From contig NC_058368.1 of NCBI RefSeq assembly GCF_018350175.1, positions 66,280,001 through 66,344,000 of the forward strand: a stretch of DNA of 64,000 bases. Reading direction: 5' to 3'. Positions 37,423-49,700 of the stretch are shown in pieces (the first letter of the stretch is position 1; the number at the start of each line of letters is the position of its first letter). This DNA is from Felis catus (taxonomy: Eukaryota). Under the pieces are notes generated by a model. It did no database searches and was not told where the DNA came from. It saw only the letters and a list, made by a program, of their open reading frames with translations. The translations under genes and the position numbers were made by a program.

Positions 37423-38429
37423 TAAAGGGGGTTATTTTTAATAAACATACAAAACAGATACACAGACAGAAAAGAAATAGATCAGACAACAGCCACCTTT
37501 TAAAACCTTGAAGGGAAAAACATCTTTAATATCAAAATACTACAACCCTACAATGTACATCCTCTGTCCACGCTGCCAGAAAACTAAGGTCAGAAAGATG
37601 CAGAGAAATCACTACTTTTGTTACAAGATCTTGTCGTGATGTACACAGATAAGTCTGCATTATGTAAGGGAAAAAAATCAGAAAATTTGTTGTTAGGGGA
37701 TCTTTGTGAATCTATTCATACTCCAAATTTTCCTAAGGATACTTTGGGACAGAGTGCCAGGAATGTGGCTGGAATAGAGTGCATTTATTCCCGGGGCCTT
37801 ACATGAATTGTAGAGCAGACTCCATCCTGGGGACTGGCGCAGAAAACCAACTGATACTGTTCAAGCTTATGTTGTTCACAAAACCTAGTCCTCTTTAGAA
37901 ATGTAAATCTGTGCTTCCTAAAGAGTACTGTATCCTTCTTACAAGAATTCATCTCTCTTAAAAGGTTTCTCATCTGCCTAATTCATAACTATTTATAACC
38001 CTGAAAGAATTTTGATTGTTGGGCTTTGGTTGAGCATGGTTGGATATGAATAAAGATAAAATTTGGTCTCCTCACACTAATACTATAAAATAACTGTATA
38101 AACAGCATTTACCATTAATAATATATTATATTTAGAAAGCAGATTATATGATATATGTATGGTATATTTCTAGTTGCATGCTTAAAATATTTATGCACAG
38201 AGGAAAAAAAACAAGGCCTACACAAACTGTTCAGAGTGTTTTTCTGGGAAGTGGTATTATCAGTGTATTTCACTTTTTGTTGGTTTTTTTTTTCTATATT
38301 TTGTAAGTGTTTGATAATAAACATCTATTATTTTGAAAAAAGGAAATTGTTTTAAGATTGGCTCCCAAGAGCTTTCACAATTGAAAAACCTGAGATCCAA
38401 GACTGGAATCTGTATGTTAAAAGTCTAGG

Positions 38430-38835
38430 CTGTGTTGCCTAATATGGTAGCCAGCAGTCTCAAGCAAATTTTAAAAGTATATTTAGGAGAACCTGGGTGG
38501 TTCAGTCACTTAAGCCTCCAACTTCGGCTCAGGTCATGATCTCACAGTTCATGAGTTCAAGCCCCGTGCTGGGCTCTGTGCTGACAGCTCAGAGCCTGGA
38601 GCCTGCTCAGATTCTGTGTCTCCCTCTCTTTCTGCCCCTCCCCTGCTCATGATCTGTCTCTCTCTCTCTCTCTCTCTCTCTCAAAAATAAACATTTAAAA
38701 AATATGAAAATTACATGTAAATTAATTAAAAGCCAACTAATTTATTAACAATTTAATTCTCCAGTTGCACTAGCACATTTTAAGTTTCAACAGCCACATA
38801 GTCCTCATCACATAAAGTTCTATTCGACAGTCCTG
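38430..38835 (-). mobile_element. MER3/MER33-like hAT-Charlie element split by a SINE
   Basis: ctaatatggtagccag...[SINE]...aattaattaaaa...cagttgcactagcacattttaagt...cagccacat...aaagttctattcgacag. Confidence 0.7.
38486..38703 (+). mobile_element. Can-SINE
   Basis: SINEC body, (CT)n, A-rich tail. Confidence 0.94.
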
Positions 38836-38929
38836 GTGGAGGCAGGCTACCAAGCTGTGCCCTGAACGCTAAGACAAAAACGAGCCAGTTTTCATGTGTC
38901 CGTAGGAGTGGACATATGCCCTTCACCAT

Positions 38930-39075
38930 AGACCCTGAGAGACTCTTCATCACCAGTCCCTTTTATACACCTCACTAGACTGAGGCCAGGTAAGCTCAGG
39001 GGTTTTTTCCCATAGCCATTCAGCTAGTTAGTGACAGATGAAGGATGAGAACTCAGGGCTACTAGCTCCTAACAC
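38930..39075 (-). mobile_element. MIR fragment
   Basis: ccttttatacac...gactgaggccagg...cagctagttagtgacagatgaaggatgagaactcagg. Confidence 0.55.
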
Positions 39076-39712
39076 ATAGTTCCTGTCAACATGTCACTAT
39101 TACCATCTTTTCCAGAAAACTAAAGCTTCCCAAACAATACTTCAGTTGAATTCAGCTCAATTTTGTTTCACAGACATTTTTGGATGCTTAAAATGTGATA
39201 GGCACCATAATAAGCCTTGAATATACAAAACCAAGTAAGAGATGTGTCTCTACCCCAAAGCATGCCTAAGTGCTAACCCAGAAGTGCATCCGAAGTGGTG
39301 TGATAGTACAAATCAGGGACAGGTCTGTTCTTGGGAAATCTAGAAAGGTTTGAGTAGGGTCTGGACCTTTGTGCACCCAAATCCATGCATTAGCACTTCT
39401 TCTTTATTATTCTCAATTTTCCCCATCCTCCAGGAGAAAAGAGGCTAGATTCCATTTTTTTTTTAAATCTACTTGATCCCTGACCTAATTTTGCTTTGTT
39501 TCTATTTTTGTTCTTTGGTTTAACTTCATGTGGAATACTAAGATACCTTCAACTCTTTCAATATGAACAAATTTTCTTATTTTTAAGCCTGGTTTTATAC
39601 ATGTAAAATAATTTTAAATATTCAAATGAAATTAAATAAAATACTGCTTTGGTATTTAGTCATCCACCCCATTTTTGGACTACATAAAAGCAAATAAAAA
39701 TTTTGAATGAAT

Positions 39713-39953
39713 GGGGAGCACCTGGGTAGCTTAGTCGGTTAAGCATCTGGCTCTTGACTTCAGGTCAGGTCATGATCTCACAGTTCATGAGTTCGAGCCT
39801 CACATGGGGCTCTGTGCTGACAGTGGGGAGCATGCTTGAGATTCTCTCTCACTCTCTCTCTCTCTCTCTCTCTTTCTTTCTGCTCCTCCCCCATTCACTT
39901 GTGCACCCTCTCTCTCTCTCTCTCTCTGAAAATAATAAATAAACTTTAAAAAT
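39713..39953 (+). mobile_element. Can-SINE just upstream of the 131-nt exon
   Basis: TSD aaattttgaatgaat(g) at about 39698-39712 and 39954-39969. Confidence 0.94.
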
Positions 39954-39966
39954 AAATTTTGAATGA

Positions 39967-40287
<321 letters not shown>

Positions 40288-42619
40288 TAATACATCGTCA
40301 GAGAGCTTGTCCTGGTGAGCTACAAATTTGCTATTGCATTTAAAATGTCCACTAAAATGGCATTGAGAGGGGAAGCAATCTTTTATTCTCAGCTACTCAA
40401 TCATGAAGTTTCAGAGAGTCCCAGGTATATTGACTAATCCCTCACATTTGTGAGCAATTTGGGGGGAATTTTCTTTTTAATATGTTTGAAATCTCTGCAC
40501 ACCGTCAGCCTGTTCTCTCTCTAGGAACTTCTAATTATATCTTCAGCTGTGCAAACCCAGCAAATGTTCTATATGTTCCGTCATAAATAATTAAACATTT
40601 CATCTGACTTCCTGTTTTAAGACTATGGTGTAACCTTCATTAATGACCCTTTAGGGGAAAGTGCTCCTTTGTATGAAGTCAAGCACACGTTAAAAGAAGA
40701 AAAGCTCATTTTCATAAATCATATGAGACAGAGCTTCTGGGTTTGCAGCTGCAGAGACCCCAAATGCCAGGTGCCCCATTTTTATTTGTCTCTGCTCAGT
40801 TGAAGATAAGCAGGACCTGCATTAAGCCAAATGAAGAAGTTTGCAAAGGGTCTCCAGCCTGTCCCTTCATCGCCCCTTTTCACCCACAATGGCGACTGCA
40901 CAAAGCCCTTATGTGCTCTTTACTGGTCTCCCTGTCATTAAACACTAACCAAATCTATATCAGTCCTTTGAACCTGGTTGGTGACTGAGTGATTGCGTTT
41001 TAATTGAAAGTCGTTCACGGAAAAATAGGTCAGCCAAAGAGATGCATGCTTAGCTTTCTTCGATTTGTAAAATCCTTTGTGAGATTTCAAATATAATCAA
41101 GGAGGAAGGGGTGTGTGATGGGGAGAAATTGCAGGGCAGAAAGCCAGCCATGGAATCAGACTAGGTCTCCTTGGATGAGTCTGAATCAAGCCAGATTTGG
41201 GCTTTTCAGGGTGAGCTGGTAGGAAGCAGGGTAAGAAAACATCTGGCCTGGGTCCCTTTCTCTCTGTCCTTGAGAGAGGAACAAGCCAAAAGTTGTATAG
41301 GCCTAGATCTGGCTTTTAATGAGCTTTGGGGGAGCCCGTGTCAAGGAAGATGCTCCAAATCACCACCGCCTGTTGGGGAAATGGCACGTTCGGGGGCTCC
41401 GCAAAAAGCTATTTTCTTTCTTTCCTGGGGAAACAAATCGCAATCATTTATTCCTCTCAAATCTACTGCCCGGACGGGGACTCGTGTTGTTTTGAGAGGT
41501 CACTAGCTCAGCAGTGCTTAAGTACCAGAAACTGAGGTTGCTAATATTCAAAACAGCCTTGCAGGAGATGACGTGAGTTGTACCCTGACAGACGTGTCTG
41601 CAGTTTGAGACCATCACACTTCTTAGAAGGATTTGCACTGGAGCGTGTGCATTCGTGTTCAAGTTACTCTATTAAAAATTCTTGAAGAGGTCAGATGGAC
41701 TCTCTTTCTTCCCAGATTGTGGATGAGACATTTTTGTTGAATTTGTCCAACTACATTATAATAGTAGGGCTGTTAATAAGGGATGTGCTTTTAAAAAGAC
41801 ATATTTCTTGGTAAGAAATGTCAAAATCAAGAGTAGAAATAATATAGGGCATGTAAGAGGACACTCACCTTAGAGGATACAGCATAGCGGGTCATAAAAT
41901 AACAGTACAAAAAATGTCAAAGGGGCTAGAAAAGGTGTATCCGGTAGTCTTGACACAGGGCAAAGAGGAGGGAGTTAAGGAAGGGGAGAGAGGAGAGGTT
42001 CTGCAGGAAAAAAGGATGGGAGGCAGGCTACCATCTGGAAGAGGGTTTGAGGAAGGACCAAAGCCAGCCCACACACAGGGGAGAGGTAACAGGTGGTTGG
42101 AACTTGGACACATTTAGCAGGAAACACCAATAGGATTTGCTGAAGAGGCGGATATGTTCCTAAAGAGGCTTTATTGCATCAAGAGAATGGAATTTGGAAA
42201 TAGGTAGTTTCATTTTCCATATAAACCATATCCATGAAATTATGAATGAACTAAAGTCTGAAATCTACATTCTAGCTAAGAACTGGAGGGTTGTCTTTTT
42301 CCTATTTCAAAGGCCCCTCAGTCACCCTTGATAGACAGTGACAAGGAATGGAAGTTCTAGATTTCCACACTTTCACCACAGTATTTGCATAACGAGACTT
42401 CCTTGCCTTCTGATAAGGCTTTGAGTGAAGCCAGAAGCTATTTCCTAATTGAGGGTAGGGGTGGGGGGTGGACAGACATCCTGAGAGTTGTAAAGCTCAC
42501 AAATTAAAATGACTTTTTACTCCAGGATATGATTGGCAACTTCTCCTTAGAAAATCATTGACCTTATTACACCAGTGGCTGATAGAAGTCATTCCAGAGC
42601 CTCTTTCGGAAAAGCAACA

Positions 42620-42790
42620 GTATTTATAACTGCTAGATCATATGTGTTGAATGCTTACTGCAAGGGACTGCACTGGGCTTTATATGGTTTATGTTGTGCA
42701 GTATTTATAACAATGCTTGTGATGAGATACAACTCCCCCCCTATTTTCCAGATAAGGAAACCAAGGCATAGAAAGGTTAAGTAACTTACA
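42620..42790 (-). mobile_element. MIR fragment
   Basis: cctattttccagataaggaaaccaaggcatagaaaggttaagtaactt. Confidence 0.7.
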
Positions 42791-43462
42791 AACCCCTCAT
42801 GGTGCATGAGGGGTGCATTGAGGGTGGTCTGGTGGCAGAAGCCACTTTGCCAGATCGCTGCGTTACAACGAGGAGGGTGCCTCCAAAGCCAGTCTCACAT
42901 AAGGGCGGAGTTCAGCAAATCTGTGCTGCATAGACCAAATATTAAGAGAAAGTTAGGAGACTTTCAGTAATACCTTCATGAGAAGCCGAGGAAACAGGAT
43001 GGCAAAGCCAGAAGGACTCAAGTTATCCGTCTTTCTGTCCGATTCCCTTCAAAACGTACCTTGCACTTCCCACCATGCTGAATTCTCATGAAAGAGTTCT
43101 CTTGTCTAACCTCATCACTCATGACTTCCAGCCTTTTCTCGGGTTGTGATAGTGCAAAGTATAAAAGACTACTCTTGTCTCCCTTTTGCTATCTGAAGGC
43201 GGAGAGGAACACGCAGCAGTTTCAGATAGGAAATTTCCCTCTCTAATGGTTCTCCTCGTATCTGTAGGAGCCAACAGCTCATGCAGTGGGATTTACCGAC
43301 CAATGAAAAGATCTGTTCTCACCATGTGTGCTTGTGCTCCAATCTTATCTTAGATCTGTTTTTGCAGATATTATCAGATCCTTTTCCTCTCCTATTTAGC
43401 CCACAGCTAAACTGTTATCTGTAAGGGATACTGACATTCCTTTCAAAAAAATACATTGGCTA

Positions 43463-43575
43463 GGGGCGCCTGGCTGGCTCAATCAGAAGGGCATGCCACT
43501 CTGATCTCAGGGTCATGAGATTGAGCCCTACATTGGGTGTGGAGATCACCTAAATAAATAAATAAATAAACTTAA
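43463..43575 (+). mobile_element. Short tRNA-Lys-like carnivore SINE with no CT region and a (TAAA)n tail
   Basis: gcctggctggctcaatcagaagggcatgccactctgatctcagggtcatgagattgagccctacattgggtg is collinear with tRNA-Lys(CTT) as I recall it. 18-bp TSD AAAAAAATACATTGGCTA at 43445-43462 and 43576-43593. Confidence 0.88.
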
Positions 43576-43752
43576 AAAAAAATACATTGGCTATATGAAG
43601 TTGTATGATCCAGTTATAATAATTTGGGAATAGCATTATGGCACTTATTTCAAACTCTTGGTTTGTATATTCTTTGTATAATATCATATGTTATATAATA
43701 TATTACATATATCATTATATGTGTATATATGTGTATATACACATTTAAGTGG

Positions 43753-43965
43753 TTTTTTTTTTTTTGAGAGAGAGAGAGAGAGAGAGAAAGAGATAGAGAG
43801 TGAGCAGGGGAGGGGCAGAGAGAGAGAGGGAGACAGAATCCCAAACAGGTTTCACGATGTCAGCACAGAGCCCAACGTGGGGCTCAAACTCAGGAAACAT
43901 GAGATCACAACCTGAGCCAAAATCAAGAGTCAGATGCGTAACTGACTGAGCCACCCAGGTGCCCC
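43753..43965 (-). mobile_element. Can-SINE
   Basis: Reverse SINEC; TSD tgtatatacaca...tttaa. Confidence 0.94.
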
Positions 43966-45624
43966 TGTATATACACAATTTTAAAGACTGGAGACAAACG
44001 CGCGTTAAAATTTGGTTGGTTCTTTTTGGGCGAATAATCACCTAGTAACAATGATAATCATCATTGCCACCATTAGTTGAACACCTATTATATTCATTCA
44101 CCAAATACCCTATCACGTACCAAGCCTGAAGAATGTGGTAGAGGACAAAATAGATCCTCTGCCCTCATGTCAGTCTCTTTCTAGATGCTTTACGTATTTA
44201 TTTCACATCCTTGCTGCAATCTTGTAGAACATCTATTTCCTGATTTTATAGGTAAAGAGTGTTAAATTTACAGAAATTAAGTAGCCTGCCTAAAGTCATG
44301 CAACTACCAAGAGGCGAGCTGGGATTACTACTGCAAATGGTCTGATCCAAAGAAAGAAGACTTTCCCAGTATGCCACTATTTCCTCAGTAAGTGTCTTCC
44401 CACCTGGTCTAGACATAATTCAGCCCTGGAGGAAACAGCCTTCGCACGAGAGGGCTATTGCCCAACACGTACCACAGGGAACCTTCTGATGAGAAACACA
44501 TGCTGTTAGTTCTTCAAGCCCCAACCAACCAAGCTTCTCACATTCACCAATTTAACCATCTTCATCACAGACAGGAAAGCACCCTTATTATTCTACCGCT
44601 TCTGTTACCTGCACAAATCAAAGAACTTTGTAGGTTTGTGGAAATTCCCCAAGGGAAGGGAGAACAAACCTTGCTGAGTCCCTGTCTGTGAATTTCAGAT
44701 GTGTTGATAGTCTCCTCCTAATCCTATCAGGGAAGGTGGAACTGATCTCACTCGATGTAATTTAACTGCATTAGGAATAATTTCAAACCTAATCCAGGAA
44801 AAGATTGGTTTGTCAGATATAATCTAAATTAAGAAGGGAGCCATTAAATTCCAATTGAAACCATCCATTCAATTAATACTTATTACAGACGAGGGTAGAA
44901 CCCATTATGGAAGAGCAGGGTGGCCTTCAGGTACTTAATTTTCTCACGACAACTCTTTCTGAATCTCCGGCACAAATGAAGATTTAAAAAAAACCTAAGA
45001 GGACAGAAAAGAGAATATAATAACATCTGCCTCTAGGTAGTGGGTCTTAGTTTCCTCATCTGTGAAATGAAGGGTTCTTTGAAATGTGCTTTTCCAGTTC
45101 TGCACAGTTTACAGTGTTGTGAACATTATCTCTTTATCTCTTCACTACTGGTTAGAGTTTCCTTTCTGAGCATCCAGATATTTTTCTTGGGATCTTTTGT
45201 TTTTCAAAACATTCAGACACCAATGATATCACATGTGGAAACTATTTTCTTTCAGATATGAAGACACTGTTTAGAATTTAGCTCAAATAAGTATATTTTT
45301 ATTCCAGTGGTGTTTATATTTACTTTGAGCTTCTAGATTCTGTGTGCACTTCTTAAGGCAGTAAACATGATATTTCTCGTGTTGTGGTTATTTGCGTACT
45401 TACCGTCTCCTTCCAAGATTAAAAATTATTTGAAGACAGGAGTTACATCTTATTTGTTACTACATTCTTTAGAGAGTCATCCTATCGCATCATTGTATGC
45501 ATGGAAACCACATTGTATTTTGCTGAGCTGAATTTGGAATGTGAAAGTATAATGCCACAGAGACTTCAACAATAAAGAATAGAAAACACCTTAAAATGTA
45601 TTTGAAGTCAGTCTAGTATTCTTT

Positions 45625-45834
45625 TTTTTTTTTAACGTTTATTTATTTTTGAGACAGATAGAGACAGAGCATGAACGGGGGAGGGTCAGAGAGAAGGAGA
45701 CACAGAATCTGAAACAGGCTCCAGGCTCTGAGCTGTCAGCACAGAGCCCGACTCGAGGCTCGAACTCACAGACCGTGAAATCATGACCTGAGCCGAAGTC
45801 GGCCGCTTAACCGACTGAGCCACCCAGGCGCCCC
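45625..45834 (-). mobile_element. Can-SINE (fairly young)
   Basis: Reverse SINEC; TSD TAGTATTCTTT at 45614-45624 and 45835-45845. Confidence 0.95.
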
Positions 45835-45864
45835 TAGTATTCTTTAAAATAGCATAAATGTGAA

Positions 45865-46095
45865 GGGGTACCTGGATGACTCCATCAGTTAAGTGTCCAA
45901 CTTTGGTTCAGGTCATGATCTCACGGTTTCGTGAGTTCAAGCCCCATGTCAGGCTCTGTGCTGACAGCTCAGAGCCTGGAGCCTGCTTCACACCCTGTGT
46001 CTCCCTCTCTCCCTGCCCCTACCCTGCTCGCACTCTGTCTCTCTGTCTCTGTCTCTCTCTAAAAAGTAAACATCAAAAAAAATTTGAATTAAAAA
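45865..46095 (+). mobile_element. Can-SINE, followed by a MIR 3' fragment (to about 46175)
   Basis: ggggtacctggatgactccatcagttaag head. Downstream aaaatgaggatgctagtagtacctactcatag...catgtaaaatgcttag is MIR-like. Confidence 0.92.
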
Positions 46096-46750
46096 ATGAG
46101 GATGCTAGTAGTACCTACTCATAGACTTTTTTGAGAGTAAAATGATGTCATCCATGTAAAATGCTTAGCGTGGGATTTATCAAATTGAAACCACTTGTAC
46201 AAGTTCAATGTTTTAATTGCTGTTATTGAAAACATCTATGATGTGTAAATCCTAAAGAGCATTGATTGGCTCTGTGGTTTTGCCTCCTCCATGATGGCCT
46301 GTGAGCTTCTCTTTAACGTCTCAGATTCGAAGAGCAGGATGTGATATATACACCTACTCTGAAAGTCACCTGTGCTCGGTGTTATTTCCAATGGCAGTGA
46401 ATCTCCTTGAAAGGGACACATATTTTGGCATGGCCTGTGGCATGACATGGCACTGAAGAAATGTCTAATGAACAAAGCCTTCAGGAGGAAGGGGCTCGGG
46501 GAGAAGAGTGGGGTGGAGAGAGGCTGTCAGCAGCTTACTCCCTACCTGGTGGTCGCACCAGTGCCGATACAGCAAAAGGTTTTAGAAGAATGTCACTGGC
46601 CTTTGCCTAATATCACATTATTCTTACATGAAGGGAATAATTGGCCTGCTGCATTGACAAGTGGCTCAGTTCCTTCTGCCTGATTTCTGAGGAAAAAAGC
46701 AAATGGCTATACTATTTATTATAAAGTTCTATTTCTATTTCTTCTTCGGG

Positions 46751-46772
46751 TTTTTTTTAAATGTTTATTTTT

Positions 46773-46814
<42 letters not shown>

Positions 46815-46971
46815 ACACGCACAAGCAGGAGAGGGGCAGAGACAGAGGGAGATGCAGAATCCAAAGCAGGCTGTCAGCACAGAGCCTGGTGGAGGGCTCG
46901 AACTCACAAACCGCGAGATCATGACCTGAGCCAAAGTCAGAAGCTTAACCGACTGAGCCACCCAGGCACCC
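46751..46971 (-). mobile_element. Can-SINE
   Basis: Reverse SINEC with (GA)n. Confidence 0.94.
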
Positions 46972-48199
46972 TGTTCAGTTTTGTTTTTAAAAGAAAAGAG
47001 GGAGTCCTCAATGATGTCTCGATTCAGAATATTCAGAAGAGTTTCTCTGGTTTTTCAAAATTTCAAAGTTTATATTCTGCCCGTCAGCTCTTATAATATT
47101 TCACCAAGAAACAGTGACCTCCTTGAAACATCTTTTATTCTTTGATTTCTCTATTTCTACACAGAAAACTAGAATCTGTTCTATTCCTGTTTGTGACATC
47201 ACTGGATAAGAAAGCCAGATTTTTCAGATGCTACATACAAAGAAAAGAAAGGAAGGGGGGAAAAAAGACACCTTTCTTATAAAGTAAAATGAAGGTTCGA
47301 GAAAAATGCCTACAATGCATTAAAAGAAACGCATCTCAAGCAAACTAGTTTTAACTTTCCTTCCATGTACAGGGATTAAAAAAAAAAAAAAAAAAAAAAA
47401 AACTCCCTCCTTTTGATGATAAAGGAAAACTCCTGATTATCTCTAACCTTTGGAGATTTATCTTAAGATTTTCCTTCACTTTAACTTCAGGGCAAAAGAT
47501 GAGAAGATTACCTTTAATGAAGCTTACTCAAGAATAGGTGACTGAAACTCAATTCCGTTTTTTAACATTCAGTGCGTTCTTAGAAACAGGGGAAGATACC
47601 CTCTCACTCGCCTGAAAGAAAGTCTTCTTCCAACATCCTCCTTAGAAGGGAACTCCTTAGAACTTCGAAGAGAACTCCTTCCTTAGAATCAGGCTTTCCA
47701 AGGGCCACGGATGGTCGTGTTGAGGAATTCAGTAGACCCAGTGTGACCCATATACAGTCATCCCCGGCTCTTAGTGTTGCCCCCTACCCAGGGATACACC
47801 GTCCTGCTGGCTTCAGAGAGTCAGTGCCCCAGCCATCCTACATGTATGCATAGGAAGGAGCTACCGCTGTGTGTTTACAGTAACTTGTTCTGCCACCAAT
47901 GTTTGAATTATATGGCTTCCTGTAAGTCTTTCTTCTAACATGTTTTGCAAGTCTCTTTCATTTCACCTCATTATTCCAGAATAGATCTTAAAACACCAGC
48001 CTAGATGCCTTACAAAGTGAGAATCAATCATTTCTTTATTAATACACGTGACCTGTTAGCTAGACGAAATGTCTTTAAAACTTGGGGCGCATGGGGGTGG
48101 GTGAGAAAAAGAGCTCTTCTGCAGAAAAGTGAGACCTCCTCGGACACAGTGTTCTGACTTTGCTACAGGGACGGGAGTAATTTCCCCCCGAATCTCTCC

Positions 48200-49700
48200 C
48201 AGCCCAGACTGCTCTCCGGATCATGCCTGCTTATCCAAGGGTCAGCCACACATCCCCACCTGCCACCCTCCAAAGCGCTATCCAAAACTGAACTCGTGTC
48301 CTCCCAGAAAGCCTCCCTCCCCAGAGATGGTGCCCTCTGCCGCACCTCGTCCTAGACAGAAACGCAACTGACTCCTCAACTTCCCCTTCTCCCTCGCCAT
48401 CACAGTCGGTCTATGATGGACCCCACTGATCAGTCATTCTAAATCTCTTTTGAATCCATCCACCGTGGCTCCCTTCATTTTATCTCTCCCATGTGGATTA
48501 TAGCCTCCTAATTTATTCCCTGCCTTTGGTTTGGCCACGCTCTCATCTATTCTCCACAGTCACCGGATGGATTGCTAAAAATGCAGATGTGTTCACATTA
48601 CTCCCCTGCTCACCAGCTTTCCATGGTTCTCAGGTGCCATTAGACTCAAGGCCAGACGTAGCCCGGCACAATGTTGTCCTTAGCCTGTCTCCCCAGGCCA
48701 CCACTCACCACTGTCTCCACCTGGAATTATTGAAGCAAATGTTTATTGAGCATTGATTATCTTCCGAGCACGTACTAGATGCTATGGAGGTGGTAGTGGA
48801 TAAGACCAACCGAGTCTGATTCCTACTAGACGTTTTAACATAGGAAGTAAGAGAACCTCTGTATGTGCCACACATACAAGATGGCCCTGGCTTTGTTGTT
48901 CCGAAGAACCATCCTCTGTCACCTCCATGCTTTTGCACAAGCTGTCCTCTCATCCTGGAACATCCTGTCCTCTCCACCCCGAACACCAAATATGCACCAT
49001 CTTCCAGTATTTCTGGCACATTCCAACTATTTCTTTACTTCCTGGGTAAGATTCAGTGATATACTGGCAAATGCTTGCACAACCAGCTCTCAATGCAGTA
49101 ACCATGCAGTTAACCATGTAAATGAAGTTATTAACTATGCAGTTAGTTACTAAGCATGTAGTGTTTGCCAATTTCTGTTGTGTAAATATTCCCACCGTGG
49201 TGATTTCATGCTACCAACGTGATGTCACTGAACACAGAGTAGCTCACCACAAGGTAACATTTCCCCCCTTTAGTGATACAATTGGCATAAATAACCTCAA
49301 AGGCATAAGTAATAGTAAGTAATTAGGAAGTAATGAGTTTTGAGTATATATTACCTTTGTTTTCAATATAACGTATACAAATTTCTTTAAGTTTCTACAG
49401 TCTAGCTTTTAATAATCACTGTTTAATGACTGGCTTGCAGAATTCCTGAAAATTTAACAAGTGGTCTTGTGAGCCCATAAGAGCCAGTTCGAACACAGCA
49501 CTGCTATTCTAGAAATCCTTCTCTGACCCTCCATTCTGGTTAGTTGCCCCTTGTGGGTGCCCCCATTGCATTTATCATGATGTAATTGTCCAGTTTCTTG
49601 TCGGAACCTTCATGAGAGCAGGGGCATGTCCAGGTGGCACCTACGTCTGGCCATAGTGACACTCAATGAATATTGTTTGTGTGATGGGTTGAATGGATGA
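48200..49700 (+). mobile_element. Decayed L2 fragments (mostly +, with a short - piece near 48730-48850), interrupted by a hAT element
   Basis: gattatagcctcctaattt...ctccatgcttttgcacaagctgtcctctcatcctggaacatcct...cactcaatgaatattgtttgtgtgatgg. Confidence 0.6.
49054..49503. mobile_element. MER63-like hAT-Blackjack DNA transposon
   Basis: Starts CAGTGatatactggcaaatg...caaccagctctc and ends gagccagttcgaacacagCACTG, giving degenerate terminal inverted repeats. Confidence 0.75.

Noticed and set aside
43468..43537. Functional tRNA-Lys gene
   Set aside because: Degenerate stems and boxes plus a (TAAA)n tail and TSD indicate a retroposed SINE-like copy.
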